Position numbers and translations under genes: made by a program
Source: an uncultured Methyloceanibacter sp.
Lineage (GTDB): Bacteria; Pseudomonadota; Alphaproteobacteria; Rhizobiales; Methyloligellaceae
Direction of reading: 5' to 3'
Assembly: GCA_964523345.1 (NCBI GenBank)
Contig: CAZFYL010000002.1
Coordinates: 5,373-69,372 of the forward strand
Length of the DNA: 64,000 bases
Shown here: piece after piece, positions 39,454 through 49,331 of the stretch
How positions within the stretch are numbered: position 1 is the stretch's first letter
Layout of the letters: every line of letters starts with the position of its first letter
The notes under the pieces: generated by a model
The model's input: the letters and a program-made list of their open reading frames with translations, nothing else
The model's database searches: none
Told to the model about the DNA's origin: nothing

Positions 39454-40383
39454 GTGGCGCCACCAGCGGCCCAGCGCCCCCGCCCCTCGCTTTTCACTGA
39501 TCTGCGCTACCGGCTCGAATATCTGGGCTTGCGGACTCTCATCGGGATCGTCCGCCTGGCTCCGGTCGACCTCGCCGCAACCATATCGGCCAAGATCTGG
39601 CGTCTCGTCGCCCCCTACAACCGCCGGCACAAGCGCGCCCTGGCCAATCTCGAGCGTGCCTTTCCCGACAAATCGCCACAGGAGCGGGAACGCATTGCCC
39701 GCGCGGCTTGGGAGAATCTCGGCCGTGTCATGGTCGAGACCATGAATATCGATCGCATCTTGGACGACCCGGGCCGGCTTCACGTCACCAACGGCCACTG
39801 GATCGAGCGCTACAAGGACAAGATGGGACCAGCCCTGATCGTCACCATGCATATGGGCAATTGGGAAATTGGCATGTGGCCGGTGACCTTGGCCGGCGTG
39901 CGCCCCGCCGGCGTTTACCGGCAAGTCAAGAATCCTTATGTCGACCGCTACCTTCGAGCCCAGCGCGAGAGACTTTATCCCGGCGGTCTGTTCGGCCGGG
40001 GCCGCGCCGCAGGACAGGACGAGACGCAAAAGACCGCGCGTCGTATCATGGATTACGTGCGCCGTGGCGGCCGGCTTGGCTTCATCTCCGATCTTTACGA
40101 CGCGAATGGAATCGCCGTGCCCTTTTTCGGCCATCCCGCCAAGAGCATGCCGATTGCCGCTATGATTGCGCGGCGCGTCGGCGCTCGCATCTGGATCGGC
40201 CGCTGTGTCAGGATCGGCAATCGCGCCTGCTTCGACATTAATGTCAACGAACTGAGGATCCCGCGCACGAACAATCAGGCTGAGGATATCCGCTCCATCA
40301 CCGCGGCCATCCAACGCCACTTCGAAACCTGGATCAGAGAAAACCCCGAACAGTTCATGTGGTCCAACCGGCGCTGGTTCTAA
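39454..40383 (+). CDS. Lipid A biosynthesis / lysophospholipid acyltransferase (LpxL/HtrB family)
   Basis: 309 aa, GTG start. ALIVTMHMGNWEI (the HxxxxE/D-type acyltransferase motif region), QDETQKTARRIMDYVRRGGRLGFISD, PEQFMWSNRRW. Confidence 0.78.
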   Translation: MAPPAAQRPRPSLFTDLRYRLEYLGLRTLIGIVRLAPVDLAATISAKIWRLVAPYNRRHKRALANLERAFPDKSPQERERIARAAWENLGRVMVETMNIDRILDDPGRLHVTNGHWIERYKDKMGPALIVTMHMGNWEIGMWPVTLAGVRPAGVYRQVKNPYVDRYLRAQRERLYPGGLFGRGRAAGQDETQKTARRIMDYVRRGGRLGFISDLYDANGIAVPFFGHPAKSMPIAAMIARRVGARIWIGRCVRIGNRACFDINVNELRIPRTNNQAEDIRSITAAIQRHFETWIRENPEQFMWSNRRWF

Positions 40384-40444
40384 ACCGAACCCGACCACCG
40401 TTGACAGCAACGCTTCCGTTGGCTCTTATCTCCTAAAGGCCAAG

Positions 40445-40792
40445 GTGGAACACAGTACCATGATGTCTACCCGCAGCGCCAAATTCCAAATCGGTCAGGT
40501 CGTCCGCCACCGGGTCTACCCGTTTCGTGGCGTGATCTTCGACGTCGATCCGAGCTTTAGCAACACCGAAGAGTGGTACGATTCCATTCCCACAGACGTC
40601 AGACCCGACAAGGATCAGCCGTTCTACCATCTGCTCGCCGAGAATGCGGACACCGAATATATCGCCTATGTATCGGAGCAGAATCTCGTGCCGGATGCCT
40701 CTGACGAGCCCTTGCGCCACCCTCAGGTCGCCGAACTCTTCGAGGATTTAAGAGGCGGTGTTTTTCGCTTCCGCTTTCTGCAAGAGCACTAA
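40445..40792 (+). CDS. hspQ: Heat shock protein HspQ (hemimethylated DNA-binding, YccV family)
   Basis: 115 aa. AKFQIGQVVRHRVYPFRGVIFDVDP...QPFYHLLAENADTEYIAYVSEQNL. Confidence 0.85.
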   Translation: MEHSTMMSTRSAKFQIGQVVRHRVYPFRGVIFDVDPSFSNTEEWYDSIPTDVRPDKDQPFYHLLAENADTEYIAYVSEQNLVPDASDEPLRHPQVAELFEDLRGGVFRFRFLQEH

Positions 40793-40812
40793 GCGATCCT
40801 TGGAAAAGTGAA

Positions 40813-40837
40813 GGCCGCTCCGGTTTCCCGAGCGGCC
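40813..40837. terminator. Hairpin between convergent hspQ and ialB-like genes (possible bidirectional terminator)
   Basis: GGCCGCTC (40813-20), a 9-nt loop, GAGCGGCC (40830-37). On the minus strand it is followed by TTCACTTTTCC. No T-run on the plus strand. Confidence 0.5.
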
Positions 40838-40878
40838 ATTCAGAGTCCTAAAAGCTGTTCGCGAAGCGCGTCTCGCGT

Positions 40879-41709
40879 CTATTGCGCGGGCGGCCTTTTC
40901 GGCGGAGCCGTGGTCGCGTTCGCGGGAGCTTGTGCCGGAGGAGCGGCAGGCGCGGCACCCGCTTGATTTCCGGCCTGGGCTTGCGCAGCCTGCTTGGCGG
41001 CAAGTTCGGCCCGGCGCTTCTTGAAGATTTCCATCATCTGCCGCCGCGACTCTTCGTACTTCTTGGTGTCGATCGGGGGGCCGTCCAAAGCCTTGCTAAA
41101 GCCGGTCAGGGGTATCGGAAAGCCGGTCGCCTTCTGCTGCACGTTCATGCCGAGCACGGCCATCTTTTGGCCCTTGCGCATGCTCTCGAGCATTTCCGGC
41201 GTCAGATCCGTTTGCACCTGGCAGCCCGAGGGGAAGCAGACCACGAATGGCAGCTTAACCGGCTCGCCGTCATCGATCTTCATCTGTATGCCGGCCGGTA
41301 TCACGAGCCCCTCAAACGTGTGCATCTGAATCATCAGCTGCTGCTTCTCTTCCCCTTCCGTTTGGCGCACCATCACGGTTACCAGCGCCATTCCGGTATT
41401 GGGCTCGAGCCCTTCGTGGCGGGTCAGACAGACTTGCCTATTCTGCGTCTGCTCGTTCTTCACACAAAGCTTGATCCAAGGGTCCGCAGCCGGTCCGGCG
41501 GCCTGCGGGGCAGCGGCGCCGGCGGCGGGTGCCGCGGCTGGCGCTGATTTTTTAGGTGCCTGTGTCGATTTGGGCTGAGCTTGACCTTGTTGCGCCATGA
41601 CCAAGGGCGAGGTCATCGCCAGAGCCAGCGCAGCAGCGCCAAAGCACAGCATGAGTCGAGCCGCCCCGCGGCTCAGCGAGTTCCATAGATCCCTGGACCC
41701 GATCATCAT
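40879..41709 (-). CDS. Invasion-associated locus B (IalB) family protein
   Basis: 276 aa. Signal peptide, Ala/Pro/Gln-rich linker, IalB-like core (WIKLCVKNEQT...VCLT...FVVCFPSGCQVQ), Ala/Pro-rich tail. Confidence 0.72.
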   Translation of the reverse strand: MMIGSRDLWNSLSRGAARLMLCFGAAALALAMTSPLVMAQQGQAQPKSTQAPKKSAPAAAPAAGAAAPQAAGPAADPWIKLCVKNEQTQNRQVCLTRHEGLEPNTGMALVTVMVRQTEGEEKQQLMIQMHTFEGLVIPAGIQMKIDDGEPVKLPFVVCFPSGCQVQTDLTPEMLESMRKGQKMAVLGMNVQQKATGFPIPLTGFSKALDGPPIDTKKYEESRRQMMEIFKKRRAELAAKQAAQAQAGNQAGAAPAAPPAQAPANATTAPPKRPPAQ

Positions 41710-41874
41710 AGACCTTTCCTCTTTTCGCGGGCTGCGTCAGGTCTGCTCGATGAGCTTCGCCGCCCCCGCGTCCCGCCACTGGTCAATACCTGAAATGAGG
41801 CAGGGGCGTGGCTGCCCCTTCCGTCAGTGCCACCGCGCGGAACCGAGTTCAACCCCGCCTTCTTATAGCGCCAA

Positions 41875-43770
41875 TTGCGCTTCCGGCGGTGTTACCCTTA
41901 TGTGTGTCGCATCGCGGAAAGCATCTATAGCCACGCACGCAAGCTTTTGAAAGTTACTATTCCATCCCTGATTTTGGGCCTCCTTTTGCTCCCCGGCCAC
42001 GCTGCGGCGGGTCCTCAGCCGGGTCTTGCCATGCATGGAGACCCCCGCGAGGCCAAGGGATTTACACATTTCGGCTACGCCAATCCCGAAGCCCCCAAGG
42101 GCGGACGCGCCACTTTCGCGGTGCAAGGCTCTTTTGACAGTCTCAATCCCCTGATCGTCAAGGGTGTATCCGCGGAGGGGGTGCGCGAATATGTCTATGA
42201 GAGCTTGCTCGCCCGGGCCTATGACGAACCCTTCAGCCTTTACGGCCTTATTGCCGAGCGCGTGGAGACGCCGGCCGACCGGAGCTTCGTCGAGTTCACG
42301 CTGGATGCCAAAGCGAAGTTCTCAGACGGCACGCCGATAACTGTCGCGGACGTGATTTTCTCGCATGAACTCTTGCGCGATCATGGCCGGCCCAATCATC
42401 GCTCATATTATAAGAAGGTCACCAAGGTGGAGCAGACCGGCCCCCGCAAGGTGAAGTTCACTTTCGACGCAAGCGGCGACCGTGAGATGCCGCTCATCAT
42501 GGGATTGATGCCGGTTCTGCCGCGTCACCTCATCGATCCCGATCAATTCGAGAAGACCAGTTTCGTCCCCCCGGTCGGCAGCGGTCCCTACACCGTGGAC
42601 GAGGTCGATCCCGGCAAGAGCATCACCTTTAAGCGCGATCCCGACTATTGGGGACGCGACCTGCCGGTCAATCGCGGGCTCTACAATTTCGACGAGATTC
42701 GGTTCGACTATTACCGCGACGCCGGCGCCATGTTCGAGGCCTTCAAATCCGGGCTCGTTCGCTTGCGCCAAGAAGAAGACCCGACCAGGTGGACCCAGGG
42801 CTACAACTTCCCTGCCATCCGTGACGGACGCGTCGTCAAAGAGGCGTTGCCGGTGGAGACTCCGGCCGGCATGTCCGCACTCGTGTTCAACACGCGCCGG
42901 CCGATGTTCGCCGATCAGCGCGTGCGCGAGGCGCTGATCAAGCTGTTCGATTTCGAGTGGGTGAACCGCACGCTTTATCATGGCCAATACGCACGCACGG
43001 AAAGTTATTTCGCGCGCTCAGACTTGAGCTCGCATGGCGTTCCTGCCAGCCCCGCCGAGCGCACATTGCTTGCGCCATACGCCGACGACGTGAAACCGGA
43101 CATCATGGATGGAAGTTTTGCCTTTCCGGTCAGTGACGGTTCCGGCGACAACCGCGAGGGGCGCCGCGAAGCCCTTCAGCTCTTGGAGGAAGCCGGATAC
43201 CGGCTCACAGGCGGCAAGCTGATCAACGTCGCGACGGGAGAGCCGTTCGTGTTCGAAATTCTTGCCGTCACGCGAGCCCAGGAGCGGCTGCTTCTGACCT
43301 TTGCGCGGGCGTTGAAGCAAGTAGGAATCGAGGCGCGAATCCGTCAAGTTGACTCGGCGCAATATCAACGGCGCAAGCAGACCTACGATTTCGACATGAT
43401 CCAATACTTTTGGCCGGCTTCGCTGTCGCCAGGCAATGAGCAATCGTTTCGCTGGTCGAGCAATGCGGCCGCGACCGAAGGCACATTCAACTATCCTGGC
43501 GTGAGGAATGCCGGCGTCGATGCCATGATCGAGGCAATGCTCAAGGCCAAGGACCAGCCTGGCTTTGTTGCGGCAGTGCGCGCGCTCGATCGCCTTCTGC
43601 TCTCCGGCGACTACCTCATTCCATTGTTCTATCTCCCGAGCCAATGGGTGGCCCATTGGAGCGATTTGAAGCGGCCGGAGACAACGCCTCTCTACGGCTA
43701 CCAGATCGACACGTGGTGGATCGAGCTACCGGCGGCGGCGCAAGGCGGCAGCAAGACGGACAACCCCTAA
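41875..43770 (+). CDS. ABC transporter substrate-binding protein, family 5 (YejA/peptide-type), orphan
   Basis: 631 aa. Signal-like LILGLLLLPGHAAAG. FGYANPEAPKGGRATFAVQGSFDSLNP, FTFKRDPDYWGRDLPVNRGLYNFDEIRFDYY. No permease or ATPase genes adjacent. The start is uncertain. Confidence 0.82.
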   Translation: MRFRRCYPYVCRIAESIYSHARKLLKVTIPSLILGLLLLPGHAAAGPQPGLAMHGDPREAKGFTHFGYANPEAPKGGRATFAVQGSFDSLNPLIVKGVSAEGVREYVYESLLARAYDEPFSLYGLIAERVETPADRSFVEFTLDAKAKFSDGTPITVADVIFSHELLRDHGRPNHRSYYKKVTKVEQTGPRKVKFTFDASGDREMPLIMGLMPVLPRHLIDPDQFEKTSFVPPVGSGPYTVDEVDPGKSITFKRDPDYWGRDLPVNRGLYNFDEIRFDYYRDAGAMFEAFKSGLVRLRQEEDPTRWTQGYNFPAIRDGRVVKEALPVETPAGMSALVFNTRRPMFADQRVREALIKLFDFEWVNRTLYHGQYARTESYFARSDLSSHGVPASPAERTLLAPYADDVKPDIMDGSFAFPVSDGSGDNREGRREALQLLEEAGYRLTGGKLINVATGEPFVFEILAVTRAQERLLLTFARALKQVGIEARIRQVDSAQYQRRKQTYDFDMIQYFWPASLSPGNEQSFRWSSNAAATEGTFNYPGVRNAGVDAMIEAMLKAKDQPGFVAAVRALDRLLLSGDYLIPLFYLPSQWVAHWSDLKRPETTPLYGYQIDTWWIELPAAAQGGSKTDNP

Positions 43771-43776
43771 CTGCCG

Positions 43777-45381
43777 ATGAGCACAGCCGAAGAAACCAAG
43801 GGGACAGAGGACGGCGACCTTCCGACGGCGGAACAGCTGCTGCGGGCCCGGGCCATTCAACGGCCGAACGTCTTGGCGCTGTTGGATCCGCCCAATCGTC
43901 AGGCGCTCGGCCTTGGCACCTCGCGGTCCTTCACTTACAGCGAGGCCGATGCGGCCGTCGACGCGCTTGCCGCCGTGTTCGTCGAGCTGGGACTTCGCCC
44001 CGGCGATACCATTGCCGCTCAGCTCCCTAATCTCGCTCTATCGCCATTGACTGTGCTCGCCGCTTGGCGCGCCGGTCTGACCGTCGCAGCGCTGCCGATG
44101 CTGTGGCGGGGATACGAGGTCGCCAAGGCCTGCAACGAACTCAAACCCAAGGCCCTGATCGGTGTCTCTCGTCTTGCCGCCGAAAATCCGATGGAGGCGC
44201 TGTCCGCGGTGGCGAACACTCATTCCTCTTTGCGTTTCGTGCTCGGTTTCGGTCCCGATCTTCCCAAGGGTGTCACCTCACTCGACGAAGCCATCGAGAC
44301 CCGTAAGGACTTGCCGCCGGTCGAAACCGGGCCGCGAGAGGGGCCGGCCATGATCACGTTTACCGCGCGGGCGGGCGTGCCCTTCCTTGCGATCGAGCAC
44401 GGCGAAGAGGAACTCTTGGCGCAAGGCGCGATGACGGTGCTCGGGCTCGGCCTCGATAGAAGCGACGTGATCCTCAACGCCTATCCGCTGACCGGACCGG
44501 CCGGACTTTCGCTCGGCTTTCTCCCTTGGCTCATCAGTGGCGCCACGCTCGTTCAGCACCATCCCTTCGATTATGAGGTGTTCACCGGACAGCTCACCGC
44601 CACGGGGGCCACGGTGACGGCACTGCCCTCGCCTGCGCTTGCGCAACTTGCCAAGGACGGCGTGCCGCAAAAGCCTCAATGCCGGCTGCGGCAGGTCGGT
44701 GTGGTGTGGACCGGCGTCGGGCAAGCCGAGCCGCTCAAGCTTCCCTTTGGCAACACCGCCGAATTCTTCGATCTTTATCCGCTTGGCGACCTTGCAAGCG
44801 TCGTGCTCAGGCGCAAGGACGCAAGCGACCCGGCCGGACTTCCGTTCGGCGAAGTTTCCGTCCGGGAAGACAGCGACGATTCGGTCTTCGTGGAAACCAA
44901 GCTTGCACCGCGCCCCGCCCCTGAGGGTTATGGCGAGATTCTCATGCGCGGGCCAATCGTCCCGAGCGGGCAGACGGAGGGGCCGCTTACGCCTGACGGC
45001 GATCTGTTCGTCAGCACCGGGCTTCTCGGCAAGCGCGGCAGCGCGGCAAGCGCAAGCCTACACCTGAAGGAAGACCCTGAGTTGCTTCGCCATGGCGGTC
45101 TGTCGATTGCCGCTTGCGAGTTCGATGAGCTTTACCAGAGCTTCCCCGCCTTTCTCGACGCGGCCTGTCTCGTGCTTCCCGATGCGCAGATTGGTGATCG
45201 CGTGATTGCCGCCGTCGTGCCGCGGCCCGGCGAGCTGGTCGCGATCGAGGCGCTCAACCGGTTTCTCGAAGAGCGAAGCGTTGCCCATTACAAGTTCCCC
45301 GACAAGATTCTGATCGTCAGGCGAATCCCGCGCGACGGCGACGGCCGGGTGTTGCGCGATCAGATCTTGCTGCAAGTCTGA
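43777..45381 (+). CDS. Adenylate-forming (ANL/AMP-binding) superfamily-like protein with degenerate core motifs
   Basis: 534 aa. Overall acyl-CoA-synthetase-like layout (FTYSEADAAVDALAAVFVELGLRPGDTIAAQLPN...). At the TSGTTGxPKG position it reads FTARAGVPF, and the C-terminal SGK reads DGR. Starts 6 nt after the binding-protein stop. Confidence 0.7.
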   Translation: MSTAEETKGTEDGDLPTAEQLLRARAIQRPNVLALLDPPNRQALGLGTSRSFTYSEADAAVDALAAVFVELGLRPGDTIAAQLPNLALSPLTVLAAWRAGLTVAALPMLWRGYEVAKACNELKPKALIGVSRLAAENPMEALSAVANTHSSLRFVLGFGPDLPKGVTSLDEAIETRKDLPPVETGPREGPAMITFTARAGVPFLAIEHGEEELLAQGAMTVLGLGLDRSDVILNAYPLTGPAGLSLGFLPWLISGATLVQHHPFDYEVFTGQLTATGATVTALPSPALAQLAKDGVPQKPQCRLRQVGVVWTGVGQAEPLKLPFGNTAEFFDLYPLGDLASVVLRRKDASDPAGLPFGEVSVREDSDDSVFVETKLAPRPAPEGYGEILMRGPIVPSGQTEGPLTPDGDLFVSTGLLGKRGSAASASLHLKEDPELLRHGGLSIAACEFDELYQSFPAFLDAACLVLPDAQIGDRVIAAVVPRPGELVAIEALNRFLEERSVAHYKFPDKILIVRRIPRDGDGRVLRDQILLQV

Positions 45382-48300
45382 TCAGGCCGCTTCTTTCACG
45401 GCTTGAGCGATCTTGACGAGACGCTTCAACAGATCTCTTGCACCGTGGAGCCGTTCCTCCGGCGTCTGCCAATTCGCGTAATAGATCAGCCGGTGATCGG
45501 GCTGGAGCTTCACCCTTTTTCCTTCCTCGCCAATGAAGGCAATCAGGCCTTCCGGGTTGGCAAAGCTCTTATTACGGAAGGCGATCACCGCGCCTTTCGG
45601 GCCCGCATCGATCTGCTCGATGCCCGCCTTGTGGCAAAGTCCTTTGATTTCAACAACTTCTAGGAGGTGGCGGACTTCTTCCGGCAACGGTCCGAACCGG
45701 TCGATCAGCTCGGCGGCAAAGGCTTCAATCGCGTCATGGCTCTCGATGCCCGAGAGCCGCCGATAAAGACCGAGCCTCACTTGCAGGTCGGGCACATATT
45801 CCTCGGGGATAAGCACCGCCGTGCCGAGATTGATGCGCGGCGACCATCGATCTTCGATCACGGCGCCCTCACCGCCTTTGAGTGCGGCGACCGCCTCTTC
45901 AAGCATCGACTGGTAAAGCTCGAAGCCGACTTCCCTGATATGGCCCGATTGCTCTTCGCCAAGGAGATTGCCGGCGCCTCTGATATCGAGATCGTGACTC
46001 GCCAAAACGAAGCCCGCGCCCAACGTATCGAGCGATTGCAGCACCTTGAGCCGCTTCTCGGCGGACGGCGTCAGCCGCGCATCGGCGGGGATGGTGAAAT
46101 AGGCATAGGCCCTGACCTTGGAGCGGCCAACCCGGCCTCTCAACTGATAGAGCTGCGCCAGCCCGAACATGTCGGCGCGGTGCACGATCAGCGTGTTGGC
46201 CGAGGGAATGTCGAGACCCGATTCCACGATCGAGGTCGACAGCAGCACGTCATATTGACGGTCATAGAAAGCATTCATCACCTGGTCGAGTTCGCGCGAT
46301 CCCATCTGGCCGTGGGCGCGTGCGATCTTCAACTCAGGCACGTGCTCGGCGAGGAATGCGGCGGCATCGTCCAGATCGGCAATGCGCGGCACCACGTAGA
46401 ACGTCTGCCCGCCACGGAAGCGTTCGCGCAGCAGCGCCTCGCGCAACACCACCGGATCGAACGGCATGACATAGGTCCGCACCGCGAGCCGGTCGACCGG
46501 CGGAGTCGAAATGAGCGACATCTCGCGGACCCCCGACAGCGCCAGTTGCAGCGTGCGCGGGATGGGCGTTGCCGTCAGGGTCAGCACGTGCACGTCGTCG
46601 CGAAGTTGCTTGAGGCGCTCTTTGTGCTGCACGCCAAAATGCTGCTCCTCGTCGACAATGAGAAGACCGAGATCGGCGAACTCGACGCCTTTGGCTAGCA
46701 AGGCATGCGTGCCGACGACGATATCGATATCTCCCGTCTTCAAACTCTTTTTCACCTCCGCCCGCTCCTTGGCGCCGACCAGGCGTGACGCCTGAGCGAT
46801 CTTGACCGGCAGGCCGCGGAAGCGCTCGGCGAAGGTGTGGAAGTGCTGGCGGGCGAGCAGCGTGGTCGGCACCACCACCGCGACCTGTTTGCCGGCAAGC
46901 ACGGCGATTAGGCTCGCGCGAAGCGCGACTTCGGTTTTGCCGAAACCGACATCGCCGCAGATCAGCCGGTCCATGGGCCGTCCGCTGGCAAGGTCCTCGA
47001 GAACGGCGCCGATACTGACTTCCTGGTCTTCGGTCTCTTCGTAAGGGAACCGGGCCGAGAACTCCTCGTAGACCCCATCGGGCGGGCTCAAGACCGGGGC
47101 CTGGCGCAGAGCGCGGAGTGCCGCGACCTTGATCAGCTTTTCGGCAATGTCGCGGATACGCTTCTTGAGGCTCGCTTTCCGCGTCTGCCAGCCGACACCG
47201 CCGAGCCGATCCAGTTGCGCGCCGGCTTCGTCGGAGCCGTAACGGCTGAGAAGCTCGATATTCTCGACCGGCAGATAAAGCTTGTCGCCGCCTTGATAAT
47301 GCAGTTCGAGACAATCGTGCGGCTTGCCTGCCGCCTCGATGGTGGCAAGGCCCGCGAAGCGGCCAATGCCGTGGTCGGAATGAACCACAAGATCGCCGAT
47401 CGTGAGGCTCGACGCTTCGCTCAAGACATCGCTGCCACGACGGCCGCGCGTGCGCCGCACCAGCCGGTCGCCCAGAATGTCCTGCTCGCCGATCACGGCA
47501 AGTCCTGGCGCCTCGAAGCCCGTTTCGAGCGGCAGCACGGCCACCGGAAGAGCCTTTGAAGGGGAACTCAGCGCCTCGGCAAAACTGTCGATTCGCCTCG
47601 TTTCGCCGGCGCCGTGCTCCGAAAGAAGCGTTGCCAAACGCTCGCGCGCGCCGCCGCTCCAACAGGCGATGATGACTTCTTTGTTTTCGCCTCTGAGCCT
47701 TTTGGTGTGCGCGGCCACGGCAGCGAAAACGTCGGTCCCTTCAGCCTGGCGTTCGGCGGCAAACGAACGGCCTTGCTTTCCGCCAAAGGACACGATGACG
47801 GTCTCGTCCGGCTTTTCCGGCCGCTCGAACGGATCGAACAGAACCACGTGGCGTCCCGACAGCGCCTCCTGCCACTCGGCCTCGTTCAAGAACAGGCTCT
47901 CGGGAGGGACGGGATGATAAGGCGGCGCGCCGAACGCCTTGCGCTCGAGTGCTTGCGCGCGGGCATCGTAATGATCGGCGATCTGCTCGAGCCGTTTTTC
48001 ACGCGCATCGTCGACGAGCGGGTCCAACGTAACGGTCGCATCGGGCAGGTAGTCGAACAGCGTCGCCAGACGGTCATGGAAGAGCGGGAGCCAATGTTCC
48101 ATGCCCTGTTGCTGGCGTCCGGCCGAAATCGACTCATACAGCGGGTCGTCGCCGGTGACGGGACCGAACAGCTCCACATAGCGTTGGCGGAAACGGGTGC
48201 GAACGTCCGGCGTCAGCGCGATTTCGCTCATGGGAAGAAGCCCAAGGTGATCGCGCCGCCCTTCGCTTCGCTGCGTGCTCGGGTCGAAGGCCCTCACCTG

Positions 48301-48912
48301 CTCCAGCGTGTCGCCGAAGAAATCGAGACGCACCGGCTCGGCGCCCGGAGGGTAAAGGTCGAGAATGCCGCCGCGCACGGCGTATTGCCCCGGATCTGTG
48401 ACCGTGCCGGCCCGCGCATAGCCGGACATCTCCAGCCGTTCGATCAGGCCTTGCATCTCGATCACGTTGCCAGGACTAAGATTGAAGCTTGCGCCGGCGA
48501 TGAACTCGCGTGGCGGAAGCCTCTGGAGAATCGCGTTGAGCGTGGTCAGCACGACGAGAGGCTTGCGCTCACCAGACGCGCGCGTCTCAAGCGCGGCAAG
48601 GGTCGCGATACGTTGAGCGATGGTTTCGGCATTTGGGGCGACCCGGTCGTAAGGCACGCCGTCCCAGGCAGGAAAGGCCAACACCTCGACATCGGGCGCA
48701 AAGAAGCCGAGCGCCTCTTGCAATGTCACGAGCCGGTTGCCGTCCCGCGCGACATGCAGAATTGGCGCCCCCGCCCCGGCCGCTGTGGCGCGGCGGGCGA
48801 GTTCGCCAAGGAGAAGCGCGTCGAGCCCTTCAGGCACGCCCGCAGCGATAGCCCGCGGGGCTTCGAGCAGGCGCTCGACCGGCGGGGAGGGAAGTTTCGG
48901 CGAAGCTGGCAT
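45382..48912 (-). CDS. mfd: Transcription-repair coupling factor
   Basis: 1176 aa. CarD-like domain ([14 protein letters not shown]), helicase motifs [36 protein letters not shown]. Typical Mfd length. Confidence 0.97.
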   Translation of the reverse strand: MPASPKLPSPPVERLLEAPRAIAAGVPEGLDALLLGELARRATAAGAGAPILHVARDGNRLVTLQEALGFFAPDVEVLAFPAWDGVPYDRVAPNAETIAQRIATLAALETRASGERKPLVVLTTLNAILQRLPPREFIAGASFNLSPGNVIEMQGLIERLEMSGYARAGTVTDPGQYAVRGGILDLYPPGAEPVRLDFFGDTLEQVRAFDPSTQRSEGRRDHLGLLPMSEIALTPDVRTRFRQRYVELFGPVTGDDPLYESISAGRQQQGMEHWLPLFHDRLATLFDYLPDATVTLDPLVDDAREKRLEQIADHYDARAQALERKAFGAPPYHPVPPESLFLNEAEWQEALSGRHVVLFDPFERPEKPDETVIVSFGGKQGRSFAAERQAEGTDVFAAVAAHTKRLRGENKEVIIACWSGGARERLATLLSEHGAGETRRIDSFAEALSSPSKALPVAVLPLETGFEAPGLAVIGEQDILGDRLVRRTRGRRGSDVLSEASSLTIGDLVVHSDHGIGRFAGLATIEAAGKPHDCLELHYQGGDKLYLPVENIELLSRYGSDEAGAQLDRLGGVGWQTRKASLKKRIRDIAEKLIKVAALRALRQAPVLSPPDGVYEEFSARFPYEETEDQEVSIGAVLEDLASGRPMDRLICGDVGFGKTEVALRASLIAVLAGKQVAVVVPTTLLARQHFHTFAERFRGLPVKIAQASRLVGAKERAEVKKSLKTGDIDIVVGTHALLAKGVEFADLGLLIVDEEQHFGVQHKERLKQLRDDVHVLTLTATPIPRTLQLALSGVREMSLISTPPVDRLAVRTYVMPFDPVVLREALLRERFRGGQTFYVVPRIADLDDAAAFLAEHVPELKIARAHGQMGSRELDQVMNAFYDRQYDVLLSTSIVESGLDIPSANTLIVHRADMFGLAQLYQLRGRVGRSKVRAYAYFTIPADARLTPSAEKRLKVLQSLDTLGAGFVLASHDLDIRGAGNLLGEEQSGHIREVGFELYQSMLEEAVAALKGGEGAVIEDRWSPRINLGTAVLIPEEYVPDLQVRLGLYRRLSGIESHDAIEAFAAELIDRFGPLPEEVRHLLEVVEIKGLCHKAGIEQIDAGPKGAVIAFRNKSFANPEGLIAFIGEEGKRVKLQPDHRLIYYANWQTPEERLHGARDLLKRLVKIAQAVKEAA

Positions 48913-48933
48913 TTCTAAAGGTCGCTGTGGCCG

Positions 48934-49209
48934 TCAGTTGGTGGTGATCAGGCCGTGAAAACGTCTAAGACGGTCTATCAGTTCGTCGAGGTCATGTTCG
49001 CCGAGAGACGATCCGTCAAGAACGCCGCTTTCGATGGCGGGGTCCGGTGCCTCGATCAGGCGCTCGAAAATGGAGATCTCCGCCTCACTCATCCCGTTCA
49101 GGGCATGCTCGGCGTAGCGGCCAAGCAGGAAATCCATCTCCTTGGAACCGCGATGCGTCGCCCGCCACAGCGCCCGCCGGCGGCGCATGCCAAGATGACT
49201 GCCGGACAT
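48934..49209 (-). CDS. sdhE: FAD assembly factor SdhE (succinate dehydrogenase assembly factor 2)
   Basis: 91 aa. RRRALWRATHRGSKEMDFLLGRYAE....FERLIEAPDPAI matches the SdhE/Sdh5 RGxxE family. Confidence 0.85.
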   Translation of the reverse strand: MSGSHLGMRRRRALWRATHRGSKEMDFLLGRYAEHALNGMSEAEISIFERLIEAPDPAIESGVLDGSSLGEHDLDELIDRLRRFHGLITTN

Positions 49210-49331
49210 GATAAAACTTCCCAGTACCGCAACGCGTGGGTTAGAGCGGACGCGCCAAGCCTGTCAAGGTCGCGCTCAAACGAACCTGGATTCGCTCCCT
49301 TTATGACTTTGCATGTCTCTATCGTCAGCCC

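Noticed and set aside
38024-40410. Minus-strand ORFs 38024..38809 (261 aa) and 39388..40410 (340 aa)
   Set aside because: They are antisense to the well-supported ubiH-family and LpxL-family genes, and no motifs are present.
45667-48918. Several long ORFs inside the mfd locus (45667..46698 +, 46334..47662 -, 47614..48918 +)
   Set aside because: They are antisense or alternate-frame shadows of mfd. Their products are Arg/Ala/Gly-rich low-complexity sequences without domains.
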